Of a stretch of DNA of 64,000 bases, positions 62,719-64,000 are shown piece after piece (position 1 is the first letter of the stretch; the number at the start of each line of letters is the position of its first letter). Both the position numbers and the translations under genes were made by a program. The stretch is from Ostrea edulis (lineage: Eukaryota), in the NCBI RefSeq assembly GCF_947568905.1, contig NC_079167.1, positions 20,150,001-20,214,000 on the forward strand, given 5' to 3'. The notes beneath the pieces were generated by a model. That model had not been told where the DNA came from. It saw only the letters and a program-made list of their open reading frames with translations, and did no database searches.

Positions 62719-63048
62719 GGTGGCTCACTACACCTAGAAATAGTTTCTCAAACCAGTAAGAATTGATTTAATTATAAAAGATATGATGATATACAATAAG
62801 TATGTATGCCAAAAAAAGCAAAAAATATGCAAATTCGGATAAAATCATGATTAAAAAAAAAAAATTTCAACACATATGAATAAAAGACTCTGGGGGATTT
62901 GAACTCGAAATCTACGGTTCACCAGCCCAGTGTTTTAACCACTGAGCTACGATGATAGACAAACAAATCGATCGATACAAGTAATTGCACACAACATTTG
63001 AATCGCCATCTTGTGACGTGGTGTCATACAGAGTTGTAGTGAACTACC
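62719..63048. mobile_element. TTAA-type MITE (Kolobok/piggyBac-like) containing a tRNA-like segment
   Basis: tta|ggtggctcactac ... gtagtgaactacc|ttaa; tRNA-like sequence on the minus strand at ~62890-62950. Confidence 0.6.
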
Positions 63049-63102
63049 TTAAGTTTGACACGGCCATTGCACGAGCGGGACTTGAACTCATGACCTGGTT
63101 AC

Positions 63103-63351
63103 AATTGATTGATTGATTGATGTTTTCCGCCACACTCAACAATTTTTCAGTTATCTGGTGGCGCCCAGTTTTTATTGGTGGAAGAGAGAACCCAGATACA
63201 ATGTACCTGGGAAGAGACCACCGACCTTCCGAAAGTAAACTGGGAAACTTTCTCACTTACCGGCGCGAGCGGGATTCGAACCCGCGCCGACAGAGGTGCG
63301 AGGCCATGTGATTTTGAGCGCGATGCTCTAACCACTCGGCCACGGAGGCCC
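63103..63351 (-). mobile_element. Second-family tRNA-derived SINE with 11-bp TSD
   Basis: Head gggcctccgtggccgagtggttagag...ggttcgaatcc on the minus strand; gacctggttac duplicated at 63092-102 and 63352-62. Confidence 0.9.
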
Positions 63352-63585
63352 GACCTGGTTACGAAGCGAACGCTCTACCATTGAGCTACCGTGACCGGTG
63401 CACACATCAAATGTTGATATAAGCAATGGGTTATTATTTTTTGAAACACACGTTACTCAATTTCTATGCACACACCGTTGCAATTATGCAACTACATCTT
63501 TCAAAAAGTCATAATTCATTGCGTAAATGCATCAGGGCTGATAAAATAATTAAAACGTACCTTCTTTGCATGAAATGTCACTTAT

Positions 63586-64000
63586 CAGGATAGCGAACAG
63601 TCACCAATCTCTTAACTCCTATGAGGAATAGAAAATAGAGAGTTGGGCAAAGACGGACCCCTGGATATACCAAAGGTGGGGTCAGGTGCATAGGAGGAGT
63701 AAGTATACCCTGTCGATTGGTCACACCCGCCGTGGGCCCTATATCTTGATCAGGTAAACGGGGTAATCCGTAGTCAAATCAGTGTGCAAAGAACGGCCAA
63801 ACAATCGGTATGAAACACGTCATACAACATTTGACCCAATGATATGTTGTATTGACAAACTACACTGTAGATCATTATAACGATCATAGAATTTGCGAAA
63901 TGCTGACTTTAAATGAGACTGTTGATACCCCTGTAACATCGACTTATTTGTCAGTAGCCTGCCCTGATTTAAAAACGGATCATACGCTGAACAAGCTCTT
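63586..64000 (-). mobile_element. Naiad-type Penelope 3' portion running off the window
   Basis: Reverse complement of ~40660-41070, including the RT C-terminus (..LKSAFRKFY.RYNDL..LGQML.DVFHTDC*). Confidence 0.85.

Larger units (their letters stand above)
62556..63399 (-). mobile_element. Host tRNA-derived SINE split by two nested insertions
   Basis: Tail at 62556, head ending at 63399; flanks gtacacatcaa (62545-55) and gcacacatcaa (63400-10). Confidence 0.8.

Overview
AT-rich eukaryotic DNA, very probably from a bivalve (oyster-like, inferred from Cg170-like satellite monomers inside a Helentron-type element and from the SINE and Penelope families present), with one 139-N assembly gap. The core is a head-to-tail array of six + strand paralogous genes (G1 partial, G2-G6; roughly 9-14 kb apart) for secreted Gly-rich, Tyr-rich, almost acid-free structural proteins with a basic/aromatic C-terminus (shematrin-like shell or extracellular framework proteins). 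The bacterial-style ORF track misses their real structure: TATA promoter, non-coding exon 1, 61-nt signal-peptide exon, large repeat exon, and a terminal micro-exon carrying the last few residues. Spacers are packed with transposons (L2, RTE, Ty3/Gypsy, Naiad-type Penelope, hAT/MULE/TA/TTAA MITEs, SINEs, HINE) and tandem repeats. About 10 kb after G3 is duplicated after G4, with reciprocal TE insertions, and the paralogs show signs of recombination or gene conversion. No prokaryotic features, CRISPR arrays or genuine tRNA/rRNA genes were supported.
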